64,000 nucleotides of DNA from Gammaproteobacteria bacterium (GCA_030739975.1 JASLYC010000063.1:31808-95807); one strand, 5' to 3'. Shown: positions 32,173-42,991, counted from the first letter of the stretch. Numbers and translations: made by a program. Notes: generated by a model from the letters alone, not told the origin.

Positions 32173-34743
32173 ATGGAGAAAAGCCCTGACGTAAGTTCTT
32201 TCGTTGAAAATGAAACAGGCAGTAGAGCCAATAATGGTCCAATAGCTAAGTTATTATTTTGGACAGCATTTGCTTGGGCAGTTTTTCAACTCTGGATAGC
32301 TTCACCATTAATTTTTATGTTTTCTGACTGGCTACCAGTCTTAAATAATATTGATACACGATCAGTTCATTTATCATTTGCATTGTTATTAGGGTATCTA
32401 TCTTTCCCTGCATTTAAGTCTTCCAGCAAAAAACAAATACCATTTATTGATTGGATTTTAGCCTTGTCTGGTGTTGCTGTATCAATGTATCTTGCTATAA
32501 ATGCAGTAGAATTATCTTCGGTTTCGAGATCAGGGCTTCCAAATACAGCTGACTTGGTGGTTTCTGGAATAGGATTAGCATTATTGGTTGAGGCTTCAAG
32601 AAGGTCATTAGGACCACCACTAATGATAGTTGCCTTGGTGTTTTTAGCCTATGTATTTTTTGGCCATATGGCTCCAGAAGTTATAGCATGGAAAGGCGCG
32701 ACTATTCCGCGCGCTATGAGTCATATGTGGCTAACACAAGAGGGTGTCTTTGGTGTTGCTTTAGGCGTATCAACTACTATGGTTTTTTTATTTGTCTTAT
32801 TTGGCTCATTGCTAGAACGTGCAGGTGCAGGAAATTATTTTATTTGGGTAGCTTTTTCTTTGCTTGGACACTTAAGAGGGGGTCCAGCAAAAGCTGCAGT
32901 AGTTTCTTCAGCTTTAACAGGGCTTGTTTCAGGTTCTTCCATTGGAAATGTTGTCACTACTGGAACCTTTACAATTCCACTTATGAGGAGGGTGGGTTTC
33001 AGTCCAGAAAAGGCTGGAGCTATTGAGGTAGCTTCTTCAACAAATGGACAGTTGACCCCTCCAGTTATGGGGGCGGCAGCATTTTTAATAATTGAATTTA
33101 CTGGAATATCCTATATTGAAGTTATAACACACGCCTTCCTGCCCGCTATTATTTCATATATTGCACTAATATATATAGTGCATATAGAGGCATGCAAGGC
33201 TAATCTTGAAGGATTGCCACGTCTAGACAACAAAACAGTTGCTCAAAGAATGCTGACATTTATGACCGTAGTAATGGGAATAGTTATACTTTCTTTATTA
33301 GTCTACTTTGGACTGGGGTGGCTAAAAGGATTTGCAGGAGATGCAACCCCATGGATTTCAGCAATAATCTTTGTTGTGTTATACATATATTTACTAAAAG
33401 TTGCTACAAAATATCCAGATCTAGGGAGGGGTGATAAAATTACGGAGCTTCCTAAAGTCGGCCCTGTTGTAAAGTCTGGCCTTTATTTTTTACTGCCTGT
33501 TGTGGTTCTTATTTGGTGCCTCGCAATAGAAAGATTTTCACCAGCTTTGTCAGTATTTTGGGCTTCTGTTGGAATGATTTTTATCTTATTAACTCATAAA
33601 TATTTAAAAGCAATTATGAGGAATGAGAGTAATGCAGTTTCAAAAATAAACGAGAGCTGGCATGATTTCGAACTTGGCATGGTGTCAGGCTCTAGAAATA
33701 TGATTGGTATTGCTATAGCAACTGGTACAGCAGGGATTATTATTGGAACAGTAACTCTTACTGGAGTTGGACTAGTAATGGCAGAGGTTGTTGAGTTATT
33801 GTCTGCTGGAAACTTAATTATTATGCTCTTGCTAACCGCAATAATCAGTCTTCTTTTAGGTATGGGGTTGCCAACAACTGCAAACTATATTGTTGTATCT
33901 TCACTTATGGCACCTGTGATAGTATCGATTGGGGCTCAAAATGGACTTATTGTTCCACTAATTGCAGTGCATTTATTTGTATTTTACTTTGGAATTTTGG
34001 CTGACGACACCCCTCCAGTTGGGCTTGCAGCTTACGCTGCTGCGGCAATATCTGGAGGAGACCCAATTCGAACGGGAATACAAGGTTTTAAGTATGATAT
34101 TCGTACCGCATTACTGCCTTTTATGTTTATATTTAATACAGAATTATTGTTGATTGGCATCACCAGCTCGATTCATCTACTACTTGTTATTTCATCGGCA
34201 GTATTAGCAATGCTAATATTTGCAGCAGCAACCCAAGGATACCTTATTACTAAGAGTAAGCTGTGGGAGTCAGCTACTTTATTATTGGTTGTTTTTATGT
34301 TATTTAGGCCTGGTTTTTTTATGGATATGATTAAGCCAGAACTGAAAACAGTAAATGCAACACAAATATACAATATAGCTAATTCTTTACCAAATAAGGC
34401 CCAAATAAGGGTTCAAGTTGTAGGCGAGACTTTTGAGGGTAAGCAGGTAGATAAAATAGTCATGTTGCCAGTAGGAAATATTGAAGATGGAAGACAAAGG
34501 CTTGAAAAAAATGCGGGCTTGTTCCTTAGACAAGAGTCAGGAAGAATGTATGTAGATGACTTAACTTTTGGGGGTGTGGCAGAAAGGCAAAAGATTGATT
34601 ATGACTGGGAAATCGCTAGTGTCCAAATAAAAAATGATAGGCCCTCAAAACAATGGTTTTTTATTCCTGCATTGTGCCTTTTTGCTTTAGTATGGGGATC
34701 TCAAAAAAGAAGAAAGAAGGCAATTAAAATAACCAATGTTTAG
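32173..34743 (+). CDS. TRAP transporter fused permease (TAXI-type, DctQ/DctM fusion) with a C-terminal extra domain
   Basis: 856-aa polytopic protein. A soluble-looking segment of about 130 aa (QIRVQVVGETFEGKQVDKIVMLPVG...) sits before a final TM helix, as in TAXI-TRAP fused permeases. Confidence 0.88.
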   Translation: MEKSPDVSSFVENETGSRANNGPIAKLLFWTAFAWAVFQLWIASPLIFMFSDWLPVLNNIDTRSVHLSFALLLGYLSFPAFKSSSKKQIPFIDWILALSGVAVSMYLAINAVELSSVSRSGLPNTADLVVSGIGLALLVEASRRSLGPPLMIVALVFLAYVFFGHMAPEVIAWKGATIPRAMSHMWLTQEGVFGVALGVSTTMVFLFVLFGSLLERAGAGNYFIWVAFSLLGHLRGGPAKAAVVSSALTGLVSGSSIGNVVTTGTFTIPLMRRVGFSPEKAGAIEVASSTNGQLTPPVMGAAAFLIIEFTGISYIEVITHAFLPAIISYIALIYIVHIEACKANLEGLPRLDNKTVAQRMLTFMTVVMGIVILSLLVYFGLGWLKGFAGDATPWISAIIFVVLYIYLLKVATKYPDLGRGDKITELPKVGPVVKSGLYFLLPVVVLIWCLAIERFSPALSVFWASVGMIFILLTHKYLKAIMRNESNAVSKINESWHDFELGMVSGSRNMIGIAIATGTAGIIIGTVTLTGVGLVMAEVVELLSAGNLIIMLLLTAIISLLLGMGLPTTANYIVVSSLMAPVIVSIGAQNGLIVPLIAVHLFVFYFGILADDTPPVGLAAYAAAAISGGDPIRTGIQGFKYDIRTALLPFMFIFNTELLLIGITSSIHLLLVISSAVLAMLIFAAATQGYLITKSKLWESATLLLVVFMLFRPGFFMDMIKPELKTVNATQIYNIANSLPNKAQIRVQVVGETFEGKQVDKIVMLPVGNIEDGRQRLEKNAGLFLRQESGRMYVDDLTFGGVAERQKIDYDWEIASVQIKNDRPSKQWFFIPALCLFALVWGSQKRRKKAIKITNV

Positions 34744-34823
34744 ATTGTGATATTGGGTTAAGGAATAAACAGCTTAAGATTGCTTTTGTTATTAATTAAT
34801 AAGCTCTTTTAATGCAAAAAGGC

Positions 34824-35558
34824 TTAATAGTGAGCACATGGTTCGGTCCTAAATAATGAACAATTTGAACCAGTCACCCTGTCACAATACTTACAGAGCT
34901 CATCGCCATTGTCTAACTGTATTATTTTATTATTTATAGTTACACCATCATTTTTGAGTGATGAAAGAGCCCTAGAAAAGGACTCAGGAGTTATGCCAAG
35001 AAATGATGCAATAATATTTTTTGAAACTGGCAACTCAGAGTTATTATTAATCTTACCATGAGCCAAAAACCAACCAACTCTCTCTTTAGCAGTTTTTAGC
35101 TGTAATACTGTATTCGTAATCATCAAATTTTGTACACTGTTTGCTAAAAATTTAATATTATTCATAGAAAATTGATGGTTATTTTTTACGAACCTTTGTA
35201 CATCATTTTCTTTAAAATGGAACAAAATTGTGTCTTCAATGAATCCAGCAGATACATCAAAATAAGGCGAAAAGTATAATGGGGTTACAGCATCACCGGC
35301 ACTAAACAAAGACAAAACGATCTCGTCCCCATCCACATTAGTATTGGTGAGTTTAAAAGTTCCTTTAAAAACAATATACAGTTTAGAGTGCTGCTTTGGG
35401 TTAAACTGTTGAATTTCTCCTTTGTGGTATTGTTCAATCTGCATTTTGGCGAAGAATTCATTTAAGTCTTCTTTTTTGATGCCCTGAAACAGAGCAATAT
35501 TGTACATAAATGCAAAGTATTTTGATGTGTTAACCTTGTTAGGTATCATTCGTATCAT
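34824..35558 (-). CDS. Crp/Fnr-family transcriptional regulator with a C-terminal four-Cys motif
   Basis: 244 aa with a cNMP-like beta-roll and an HTH carrying the FNR-type E--SR recognition motif (ITPESFSRAL). The only cysteines are C-terminal: CKYCDRVTGSNCSLFRTEPC. Confidence 0.85.
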   Translation of the reverse strand: MIRMIPNKVNTSKYFAFMYNIALFQGIKKEDLNEFFAKMQIEQYHKGEIQQFNPKQHSKLYIVFKGTFKLTNTNVDGDEIVLSLFSAGDAVTPLYFSPYFDVSAGFIEDTILFHFKENDVQRFVKNNHQFSMNNIKFLANSVQNLMITNTVLQLKTAKERVGWFLAHGKINNNSELPVSKNIIASFLGITPESFSRALSSLKNDGVTINNKIIQLDNGDELCKYCDRVTGSNCSLFRTEPCAHY

Positions 35559-35592
35559 TATATCGATTATTTAGTAAATGCAACACTAAACC

Positions 35593-35606
35593 TTGATATA
35601 AATCAA
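35593..35606. promoter_or_regulatory. Perfect FNR-type box TTGATATAAATCAA in the divergent fnr-like/hemN intergenic region
   Basis: Perfect TTGAT-N4-ATCAA. hemN is a classical FNR target. The box is also about 40 nt from the fnr-like start, which would allow autoregulation. Confidence 0.7.
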
Positions 35607-35690
35607 ATATATTAAATATTGTAAAATATATAATTAACCACTCTTATAAAGCATAGCTTTCTATATTTATAAATAAAAGCTGCACACACT

Positions 35691-37052
35691 ATGGGTTTGT
35701 TTGATTTAAAGATAATTAATAAATATGATTGCGCAGGTCCCCGCTATACATCATATCCAACTGCAAATAGGTTTGATAAATTTGACAATAAAGAGTACGC
35801 TAAACAGGCGTTGATTAGTAACGAAAATAAACGCCCTTTATCAATTTATTGCCATATTCCATTTTGTAATACTGTTTGTTATTATTGTGGTTGCAATAAG
35901 GTTGTCACTAAAGACAAAAATAAAGCAAAGCCTTATATCTCAAGATTATTTCATGAGATTGATATGCAGTCATTATTATTTGACAGCTCAAGGGTGGTCG
36001 AACAAATGCATTTTGGGGGTGGCACCCCAACATTTTTGTCTGACGATGAACTAAGCTCAATTAGCAGTAAGCTACAAAGTCAATTTAATTTTTCAGATAA
36101 TGGAGAATACTCCATAGAAATTGATCCTAGGGGGGTTGGCGAAAAAACAATAAAGACTTTAGCAAGAGCGAAATTTAACAGAATAAGTTTAGGAGTACAA
36201 GACTTCAATATAGATGTGCAAAGGGCCGTCAATAGAGTTCAAAGCTTTGAGCAAACAAAACAGGTAATCAATATTGCGAGAAGAAATGGGTTTAATTCAG
36301 TAAGTATAGATTTAATATATGGGCTACCTAAACAATCAGTTGAAACATTTGCCACAACGCTCGACCAAGTTGTCAATTTAAAACCTGACCGTATATCTCT
36401 ATTTAACTATGCCCACTTGCCTGAACTATTTAAGCCTCAAAGGCGTATAAACATATTAGAGTTACCATCGGTCGATATAAAAATGGCAATCTTTAAATAT
36501 TCGGTAGATTATTTGCTGTCATCTGGCTATGCTTATATTGGTATGGATCACTTTGCTTTGCCAAACGATTCACTTGCAATTGCACAAAGGGAAGGGAGGC
36601 TTTATAGGAACTTTCAGGGATACTCTACTCATTCAGAGTGTGAATTAGTTGGTCTCGGGCTAAGTTCAATTGGACAGATTGGAAAGAGCTTTTCTCAGAA
36701 CGAGAAAAGTATAGAAAAATACTATCAAAAAATTGACTCTGGAGAAATTCCAATTTCAAAAGGTTACACAATTAACAATGATGATGAAATTAGAAGAGCA
36801 GTAATTATGGAGCTCATTTGTCACTTTGAATTAGACTTTGCCAATATCGAAAGCCAGTTTGAAATTGTTTTTAGTGACTACTTTAAAGACAGTCTTTCTA
36901 ATCTTGCTGAAATGAAAAAAGACGGACTTATTGAGCTAAACGATACAAATATTAAAGTAAAAGACAAGGGCAGACTACTTATACGCAATATCTGCATGAC
37001 TTTTGATGCTTACTTATCGAAAGACGAAACAAATTTCTCAAGGACTATATAA
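35691..37052 (+). CDS. hemN: Oxygen-independent coproporphyrinogen III oxidase (radical SAM)
   Basis: 453 aa with GPRYTSYPTA, the radical-SAM motif CHIPFCNTVCYYCGC, and HFGGGTP. Confidence 0.93.
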   Translation: MGLFDLKIINKYDCAGPRYTSYPTANRFDKFDNKEYAKQALISNENKRPLSIYCHIPFCNTVCYYCGCNKVVTKDKNKAKPYISRLFHEIDMQSLLFDSSRVVEQMHFGGGTPTFLSDDELSSISSKLQSQFNFSDNGEYSIEIDPRGVGEKTIKTLARAKFNRISLGVQDFNIDVQRAVNRVQSFEQTKQVINIARRNGFNSVSIDLIYGLPKQSVETFATTLDQVVNLKPDRISLFNYAHLPELFKPQRRINILELPSVDIKMAIFKYSVDYLLSSGYAYIGMDHFALPNDSLAIAQREGRLYRNFQGYSTHSECELVGLGLSSIGQIGKSFSQNEKSIEKYYQKIDSGEIPISKGYTINNDDEIRRAVIMELICHFELDFANIESQFEIVFSDYFKDSLSNLAEMKKDGLIELNDTNIKVKDKGRLLIRNICMTFDAYLSKDETNFSRTI

Positions 37053-37124
37053 ATTCATCCCAGCCTAACCTGTGATTATCAGACACGTAAATTACAAATA
37101 TATCAATAATTAAATATTGTGTAA

Positions 37125-37138
37125 TTGATGCATGTCAA
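37125..37138. promoter_or_regulatory. FNR/CRP-like box TTGATGCATGTCAA upstream of the Amt gene
   Basis: AATTGA-N6-TCAATT, with one mismatch to TTGAT-N4-ATCAA. Lies about 120 nt upstream of the amt start. Confidence 0.45.
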
Positions 37139-37258
37139 TTATTTTATATTTTCCTACCCAGCATGATATTTTTTGTGTATTATTCATTATTGTGAGGATA
37201 AAAACTTTCTTACGAAGAAATAAATTTATTTTATTATTTAAACAATAAGGGGGGCGTT

Positions 37259-38629
37259 TTGGAAGAACTAAAACTAGCACAACAGGTCACAAACACAATG
37301 TTTGCAGAGACCTATTACTTTTTAACGATACCGCTGATGATGCTTATTCACGCAGGGTTTCTTGCCTATGAAATGGGTGCAACTCGTGTGAAGAATGTAT
37401 TATCCTCAGGTATTAAAAACCTACTAGCGTTTGCGTTTACTATCGTAACGTTTTATTTCTTTGGTTGGTGGTTCTACTGGGCCTTACCAACATGGCCAAT
37501 GGATTTAGCCGCTGGACCAGGATACATGGAAATATCAGGAATTGCTTACGCTAATGCTATAGCTTTGCCTTGGGGGGATTCGGCTCAATATATGGGACCT
37601 AATATGGGCGATCACGCTTCTGGTGTTTTCTGGGGAGCTTTCGCGCTTTTTGCTGCAACTACTGCATCAATTGCATCAGGAGCACTCATAGAAAGGATTC
37701 AGACAGTTGGCTTTGTTATCTGTGCAATTGTACTGGGATCATTCGCATGGGTTGTAGCCGCTGCATGGGGATGGCATGCTGATGGATGGCTTGTAACAGA
37801 GTGGGGTTTTCACGATTTCGGCGCTGCAGGTCTTGTACATGCTGTAGCTGGATTTTTTGCGCTAGGTGTCCTAATTAATTTAGGGCCACGTGTAGGCAAG
37901 TTCAATGCCGACGGTTCTGCAAACCATATAGCGGGCCACAATATGCCATCAACAATAGTAGGATTAATGCTTATTATTGTGGGCTTCTTCGGATTCTTAA
38001 TGGCTTGTATTATCCTGCCTGGCGAAGGATGGAGTTGGTATGGCGATGCAGGTACTACCATTTATGGCACACCAATGACGCTATCTGCCCTTGCATTTAA
38101 TATAGTTATGGCAGTTTCAGGCGGCATTATTGGAGCGTGGATCTTTACTAAAGACCCTTTCTGGATGATGTCTGGTGCACTTGCAGGTATTATCTCTGTA
38201 GCATCAGGGTTAGATGTATACTTCCCAGCACACGTATTCTTAATCGCTACTGTTGCAGGTATTATCATCAAACCATGTGCTGATTGGCTAGAGGCACGTG
38301 GCATTGATGACGCTGTAGGAGCTGTTACGATTCATGGAACTATAGGATTATTCGGTGTTATTGTTCTTGGAATATTTGGTTCTGGAATGCCAGGACTTGG
38401 AGCTTATGCACCTGAAGGTACAGTAGCTATGAGTTTTGTTGGACAAGTATTTGGTTCAATAATAATGTTCCTTCTTGGCTTTGTACCGGGATATGTTGTA
38501 TCATGGATACTAAACAAAGCAGGAATGCTACGTATTCCTGATGCGGTTCAAATTAAAGGCCTTGACCCTGTTAAGGTGCCTGCTCAGGCATACCCAGAAG
38601 GTATGACTAGCCCGGAATCTGAAAATTAA
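37259..38629 (+). CDS. amt: Ammonium/methylammonium channel, Amt family
   Basis: 456 aa, polytopic. The conserved Amt twin-His environment is present: HDFGAAGLVHAVAG and DDAVGAVTIHGTIGLFG. TTG start after an AAGGGGGG RBS, with an alternative ATG at 37298. Confidence 0.88.
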   Translation: MEELKLAQQVTNTMFAETYYFLTIPLMMLIHAGFLAYEMGATRVKNVLSSGIKNLLAFAFTIVTFYFFGWWFYWALPTWPMDLAAGPGYMEISGIAYANAIALPWGDSAQYMGPNMGDHASGVFWGAFALFAATTASIASGALIERIQTVGFVICAIVLGSFAWVVAAAWGWHADGWLVTEWGFHDFGAAGLVHAVAGFFALGVLINLGPRVGKFNADGSANHIAGHNMPSTIVGLMLIIVGFFGFLMACIILPGEGWSWYGDAGTTIYGTPMTLSALAFNIVMAVSGGIIGAWIFTKDPFWMMSGALAGIISVASGLDVYFPAHVFLIATVAGIIIKPCADWLEARGIDDAVGAVTIHGTIGLFGVIVLGIFGSGMPGLGAYAPEGTVAMSFVGQVFGSIIMFLLGFVPGYVVSWILNKAGMLRIPDAVQIKGLDPVKVPAQAYPEGMTSPESEN

Positions 38630-38648
38630 TTTTATAGGAGAGAATATT

Positions 38649-38834
38649 ATGGGTTATCATCTTAAATCGTTCACTGAACTTGTAGCTGACGGCGCTTGGG
38701 CAGACGTTGGTATGTATATCGGTGCAGGGAGCTCTATGCCTGGCTGGTACACTTTCATAGGCGTGGTTGTTTGCGTAGTCATCTTGGCTATGGGTAATAA
38801 GAGCGAGCATGACCATTATGACAAGCATCAGTAA
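38649..38834 (+). CDS. 61-aa single-TM membrane peptide co-transcribed with amt; unknown function
   Basis: Has a strong AGGAGA RBS 8 nt before the ATG and a 19-nt gap after amt. The hydrophobic helix is WYTFIGVVVCVVILAMG, and the His-rich tail is SEHDHYDKHQ. A strong terminator follows. Confidence 0.6.
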   Translation: MGYHLKSFTELVADGAWADVGMYIGAGSSMPGWYTFIGVVVCVVILAMGNKSEHDHYDKHQ

Positions 38835-38853
38835 AACAATGTGAGTCTTAAAT

Positions 38854-38879
38854 AAAGGGCGGTAAAACCGCCCTTTTTT
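38854..38879. terminator. Rho-independent terminator, likely bidirectional (amt operon and sucAB)
   Basis: AAAGGGCGG-TAAAA-CCGCCCTTTTTT. The A-run upstream gives a U-tract on the other strand as well. Confidence 0.85.
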
Positions 38880-39006
38880 ATTGCTGGTTAAAACATTAAT
38901 ACAAAGCTATCTTGCCGTATATTTTTGAATTACAGCTTCACAATCTTGTTACATGTTTGAGTAAAAATTAAATGATTATTCAATATACAGTAGACTTGAG
39001 GCTTGC

Positions 39007-40071
39007 TTATACTTTCAATAACAATCTAGTTGGATCTTCTAAAGCGTCTTTTATTGCTATTAAGAATTGTACAGCATCTTTACCATCAATTATGCGGTGG
39101 TCGTAGGACAGAGCAAGATACATCATAGGCCTAATAACAATCTCACCATCAACCACTACAGGCCTTTCTTGAGTCTTATGCATTCCTAATATAGCACTTT
39201 GTGGAGAGTTTAATATGGGAGTTGACAATAAAGAACCAAAAACCCCACCATTTGAGATTGTGAAGGTTCCCCCAATCATTTCTTCAACTGTCAAGTCACC
39301 AGATTGTGCGCGATTTCCAAAGTCTATAATGTTTTTTTCTATGTCATGCATAGCCATTTTGTGGGCATCTCTAAGGACTGGCACAACAAGACCTCTATCA
39401 GACGATACAGCAACAGACACATCACAATAGGCGTGATATACAATATCTTCACCATCTAAGTACGCATTAACCGCTGGAAATTTTTTTAAAGCTTCGACTG
39501 CAGCCTTTACAAAAAATGACATAAAACCCAACTTGACACCATACTTCTTTTCAAATGCTTCCTTATAGCTACCCCTCATTGACAATATTGCACTCATATC
39601 AATTTCATTAAAGGTGGTTAGCATAGCTGTATTTTGTGTTGCCGAGTGTAGCCTATCAGCTATAGTTTTGCGTAGACGACTCATCGGCACCCTTTCCTCA
39701 GTTCGGTTGCCAGTTTGTGCTATAGCGACTGGTGCAGGAGCCTTATTAATTGATTCCGGGGTTTTTTCTGGGGCTGGAATATCGTCTTTTATCGACTCTT
39801 CAGGCTCTTTTATCGACTCTTTAGGCTCTTTTATTGGCTTATCGTTAATAGTGCCAAGTAGCTGCTTTTCAGTAACCGTTTCACCTTCTTTTGCGATAAT
39901 TTCATCCAGCACTCCAGACTCTTCTGCAGGAACCTCCAGCACAACCTTGTCAGTTTCAATTTCAACAATAACGTCATCCATTTGTACGCTTTCGCCAGGC
40001 TTCTTGTGCCACAAAGCGACAGTGGCTTCACTTATTGATTCTGGCAGTACAGGGACTTTAATTTCTATCAT
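39007..40071 (-). CDS. sucB: 2-oxoglutarate dehydrogenase E2, dihydrolipoyllysine succinyltransferase
   Basis: 354 aa with a single lipoyl domain ([14 protein letters not shown]), a Pro/Glu/Lys linker, and a catalytic domain with the DHRIIDG motif. Confidence 0.95.
   Translation of the reverse strand: MIEIKVPVLPESISEATVALWHKKPGESVQMDDVIVEIETDKVVLEVPAEESGVLDEIIAKEGETVTEKQLLGTINDKPIKEPKESIKEPEESIKDDIPAPEKTPESINKAPAPVAIAQTGNRTEERVPMSRLRKTIADRLHSATQNTAMLTTFNEIDMSAILSMRGSYKEAFEKKYGVKLGFMSFFVKAAVEALKKFPAVNAYLDGEDIVYHAYCDVSVAVSSDRGLVVPVLRDAHKMAMHDIEKNIIDFGNRAQSGDLTVEEMIGGTFTISNGGVFGSLLSTPILNSPQSAILGMHKTQERPVVVDGEIVIRPMMYLALSYDHRIIDGKDAVQFLIAIKDALEDPTRLLLKV
39785..39838. repeat. 21-bp tandem repeat (2.6 copies) inside the sucB linker
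   Basis: TCTTTTATCGACTCTTCAGGC / TCTTTTATCGACTCTTTAGGC / TCTTTTATTGGC encodes [15 protein letters not shown] in the inter-domain linker. Confidence 0.8.
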
Positions 40072-40079
40072 TTTATCTC

Positions 40080-42761
40080 CTAACGCTGTTTTATAGGCAG
40101 GATGCCAAGCGCCTGTTCAATTACATTGTTTTGGTTAATATTGTGCATACCAAGTGTTCCTTCAGCCGGCGCCGCATACAAATCACGTGATGCAATATCT
40201 AGAGTTTGGTTTTTACCAGTACAGCCCATAAAGTTGTGACGTGTTGGGTACCATGCACCCTGATTGATTGGTTCTTCTTGACACCATATAAGCTCCTTTG
40301 CATTGCTGAATTTTGCTAATTCAGTTTTAAGTTCTTCAACAGGAAAAGGGTACAACTGTTCAAGCCTAAGAATAGCTACATTGTTAATTTGATCATCTTG
40401 CCGTCTAGTTAGTAGTTCATAAAATATCTTGCCACTACACATTACAACTCGATCTACTTTTTTTGCTTTAATGTATTCATATTGTTCTTCATAGACAACT
40501 CTAAATCTATTCTCTTCAAACTTGAACAAGGGGGAGCCTGCTAGCGGGTTTCTAAGCAAACTTTTGGGCGTCATTACTATCAATGGCGAGCGAAACTTTC
40601 TAAGCATCTGGCGTCGCAATAAATGAAATACTTGAGAGGCTGTGCTTGGTACGCACACTTGCATATTGTGACTCGCACATAATTGAAGAAAACGTTCTAG
40701 CCTTGCAGATGAGTGCTCGGGCCCTTGCCCTTCTAGTCCATGAGGCAGTAACATAACTAAATTAGATAGACGCCCCCATTTAGCCTCTCCAGAACTAACA
40801 TATTGATCAATTATTGCTTGTGCGCCATTAGCAAAGTCGCCAAACTGAGCCTCCCATATAACCAGAGAGTCTGGGTTAGCTGTAGCGTAACCATACTCAA
40901 AACCAAGTGCAGCTTCTTCCGACAAGATAGAATCTATTATCTGTACAGTTCCTTGTTTTGATTTTAGATTTTGTAAGGGTATATATTCTTCAATTTTTAT
41001 TTGGTTATGAAGTACGGCGTGGCGATGAAAAAAGGTACCCCTTCCGCAATCCTGACCAGCTAAACGAATTGCTACTCCATCAGCAGCTAAGCTAGCATAT
41101 GCAAGGTTTTCAGCAAACCCCCAGTCGGCATTTATCTTGCCCTCAGCCATTTTTTGCCTATCATCCATTACCTTTTTAACTCGTGGATGCAATTCAAAAC
41201 CTTTAGGAACAGCCTGTAGTTTTTTGTTTAATTGCTTTATCTTTTTAAAAGTTATTGAAGAGTTATATTGTTGGTCCCATTCTTGGTTAAAGTGGGGCGC
41301 CCATGTAGTCTTCCATGCCCTTTTGCCTTTAGGCTCAATAATATTGTATGCAACACGTTCGCCTGACTTTAGTCTCTTTCTGTATTCCGTAATGAGGCCA
41401 TCAACTTCTTTTTGTGTGACTACATTTTGATCCATAAGGGTTTGAGCAAATCTTGCCCTAGTGGTAGGCAATTTACGGATAGCTTTGTACATCATGGGTT
41501 GAGTTACAGCTGGCTCATCAGCCTCGTTATGGCCATGACGTCGATAACACATCAGATCTATAACAACATCCTTTTTATACTTCATTCGATAATCTAGTGC
41601 CATTTTGGTAACGAAGCTTACCATTTCAAGGTCGTCAGCGTTTACATGGAAAACAGGGGCATTGACCATTTTGACTACATCAGTGCAGTAGTCAGTTGAC
41701 CTTGCATCGAACTGAGCGCTAGTTGTAAAACCTATTTGGTTATTAATAACAATGTGAAGCGTACCCTTGGTTGAGTAGCCTCTTGATTGAGACATGTTTA
41801 ATGTTTCCATAACAACGCCTTGTCCAGAAAATGCAGCGTCTCCATGAATAAGCACAGGAAGAATTTCATTACCTTTTTCATCGCCAATTATTTCTTGGTG
41901 GTAGCGAGCATAACCTTCTAGGACGGGATTAACTAGTTCAAGATGTGAAGGGTTAAACATCAATGCTAGGTGTATATCGTTACCAGAAGTTTTTATATCT
42001 GAAGAGAATCCTTGATGGTACTTAACATCTCCAGTCTGGTTTTTTGATAATTCGTAGTTTCCAGCAAATTCATCAAATAGATTTTCTGCATGCTTACCCA
42101 TAATATTAATCAATACATTTAGTCTACCGCGGTGTGCCATAGCCATACAAATTCTTCGCATTGAGTAAGAGCCAGAGTGTTCAATCAGTATATTAATTAG
42201 AGGAATTAAGGTGTCGCTACCTTCAAGTGAAAAACGCTTCTGACCAACATATTGGTTATGTAAAAATTTTTCAAAAACTTCTGCAGCAGTAAGTCTTTGT
42301 AACATCCATTTTTTATAGGCAGCAGAACTATTTCTGTGTTTGTTTGAATTTTCAACCCTTTTCTGAATCCATCTTTTCTCACTGACGCTAGATATATGCA
42401 TGTACTCAGCGCCCAATGTCTCGCAATATGTTTGTTCTAGGTTAGCAATAAATTCTCGTAAATTCGTTGGCGTTTTGCCTTGATATGACCCTATATTGAA
42501 TGAAGAATCTAGGTCACTATCATCCAAGCCAAACTTAGACAAGCTGAACTTTGGTATTGGATGATGTCTTGGTCGATTTAAAGGGTCAAGTTTAGACTTT
42601 AAATGGCCATTATATCTATAAGCGTTAAGTAGCTGAAGGACACCAAGCTGTTTTTCGTCAAAATTATCTAGAGTAGTGCCGGACTGATTTTCAAAATTAT
42701 TTTCACCGTAAGCGATGAAGCGATTGATAACTTCTTGGTGCGAGTTTGCGTTATTATCCAT
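40080..42761 (-). CDS. sucA: 2-oxoglutarate dehydrogenase E1 component
   Basis: 893 aa with conserved E1o blocks ([64 protein letters not shown]). Confidence 0.96.
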   Translation of the reverse strand: MDNNANSHQEVINRFIAYGENNFENQSGTTLDNFDEKQLGVLQLLNAYRYNGHLKSKLDPLNRPRHHPIPKFSLSKFGLDDSDLDSSFNIGSYQGKTPTNLREFIANLEQTYCETLGAEYMHISSVSEKRWIQKRVENSNKHRNSSAAYKKWMLQRLTAAEVFEKFLHNQYVGQKRFSLEGSDTLIPLINILIEHSGSYSMRRICMAMAHRGRLNVLINIMGKHAENLFDEFAGNYELSKNQTGDVKYHQGFSSDIKTSGNDIHLALMFNPSHLELVNPVLEGYARYHQEIIGDEKGNEILPVLIHGDAAFSGQGVVMETLNMSQSRGYSTKGTLHIVINNQIGFTTSAQFDARSTDYCTDVVKMVNAPVFHVNADDLEMVSFVTKMALDYRMKYKKDVVIDLMCYRRHGHNEADEPAVTQPMMYKAIRKLPTTRARFAQTLMDQNVVTQKEVDGLITEYRKRLKSGERVAYNIIEPKGKRAWKTTWAPHFNQEWDQQYNSSITFKKIKQLNKKLQAVPKGFELHPRVKKVMDDRQKMAEGKINADWGFAENLAYASLAADGVAIRLAGQDCGRGTFFHRHAVLHNQIKIEEYIPLQNLKSKQGTVQIIDSILSEEAALGFEYGYATANPDSLVIWEAQFGDFANGAQAIIDQYVSSGEAKWGRLSNLVMLLPHGLEGQGPEHSSARLERFLQLCASHNMQVCVPSTASQVFHLLRRQMLRKFRSPLIVMTPKSLLRNPLAGSPLFKFEENRFRVVYEEQYEYIKAKKVDRVVMCSGKIFYELLTRRQDDQINNVAILRLEQLYPFPVEELKTELAKFSNAKELIWCQEEPINQGAWYPTRHNFMGCTGKNQTLDIASRDLYAAPAEGTLGMHNINQNNVIEQALGILPIKQR

Positions 42762-42991
42762 AAAATCAAATTACAATTAGAGATTGTTTTTATTTTTATA
42801 AAATAGCGTTATACAAACTGTGCGTATTGTACCAATATTAATAGCACATAATGGCATTAAATTAAGAGTATTTTATAATTTGATATTAGTTATTTTATAT
42901 AATTATTATTAATTAAGCATTCACCTTAATTTATGTTACTTATTGTCATAAAATTAGCCAATAAATAACATACTATTGTAGTCCTAATATA

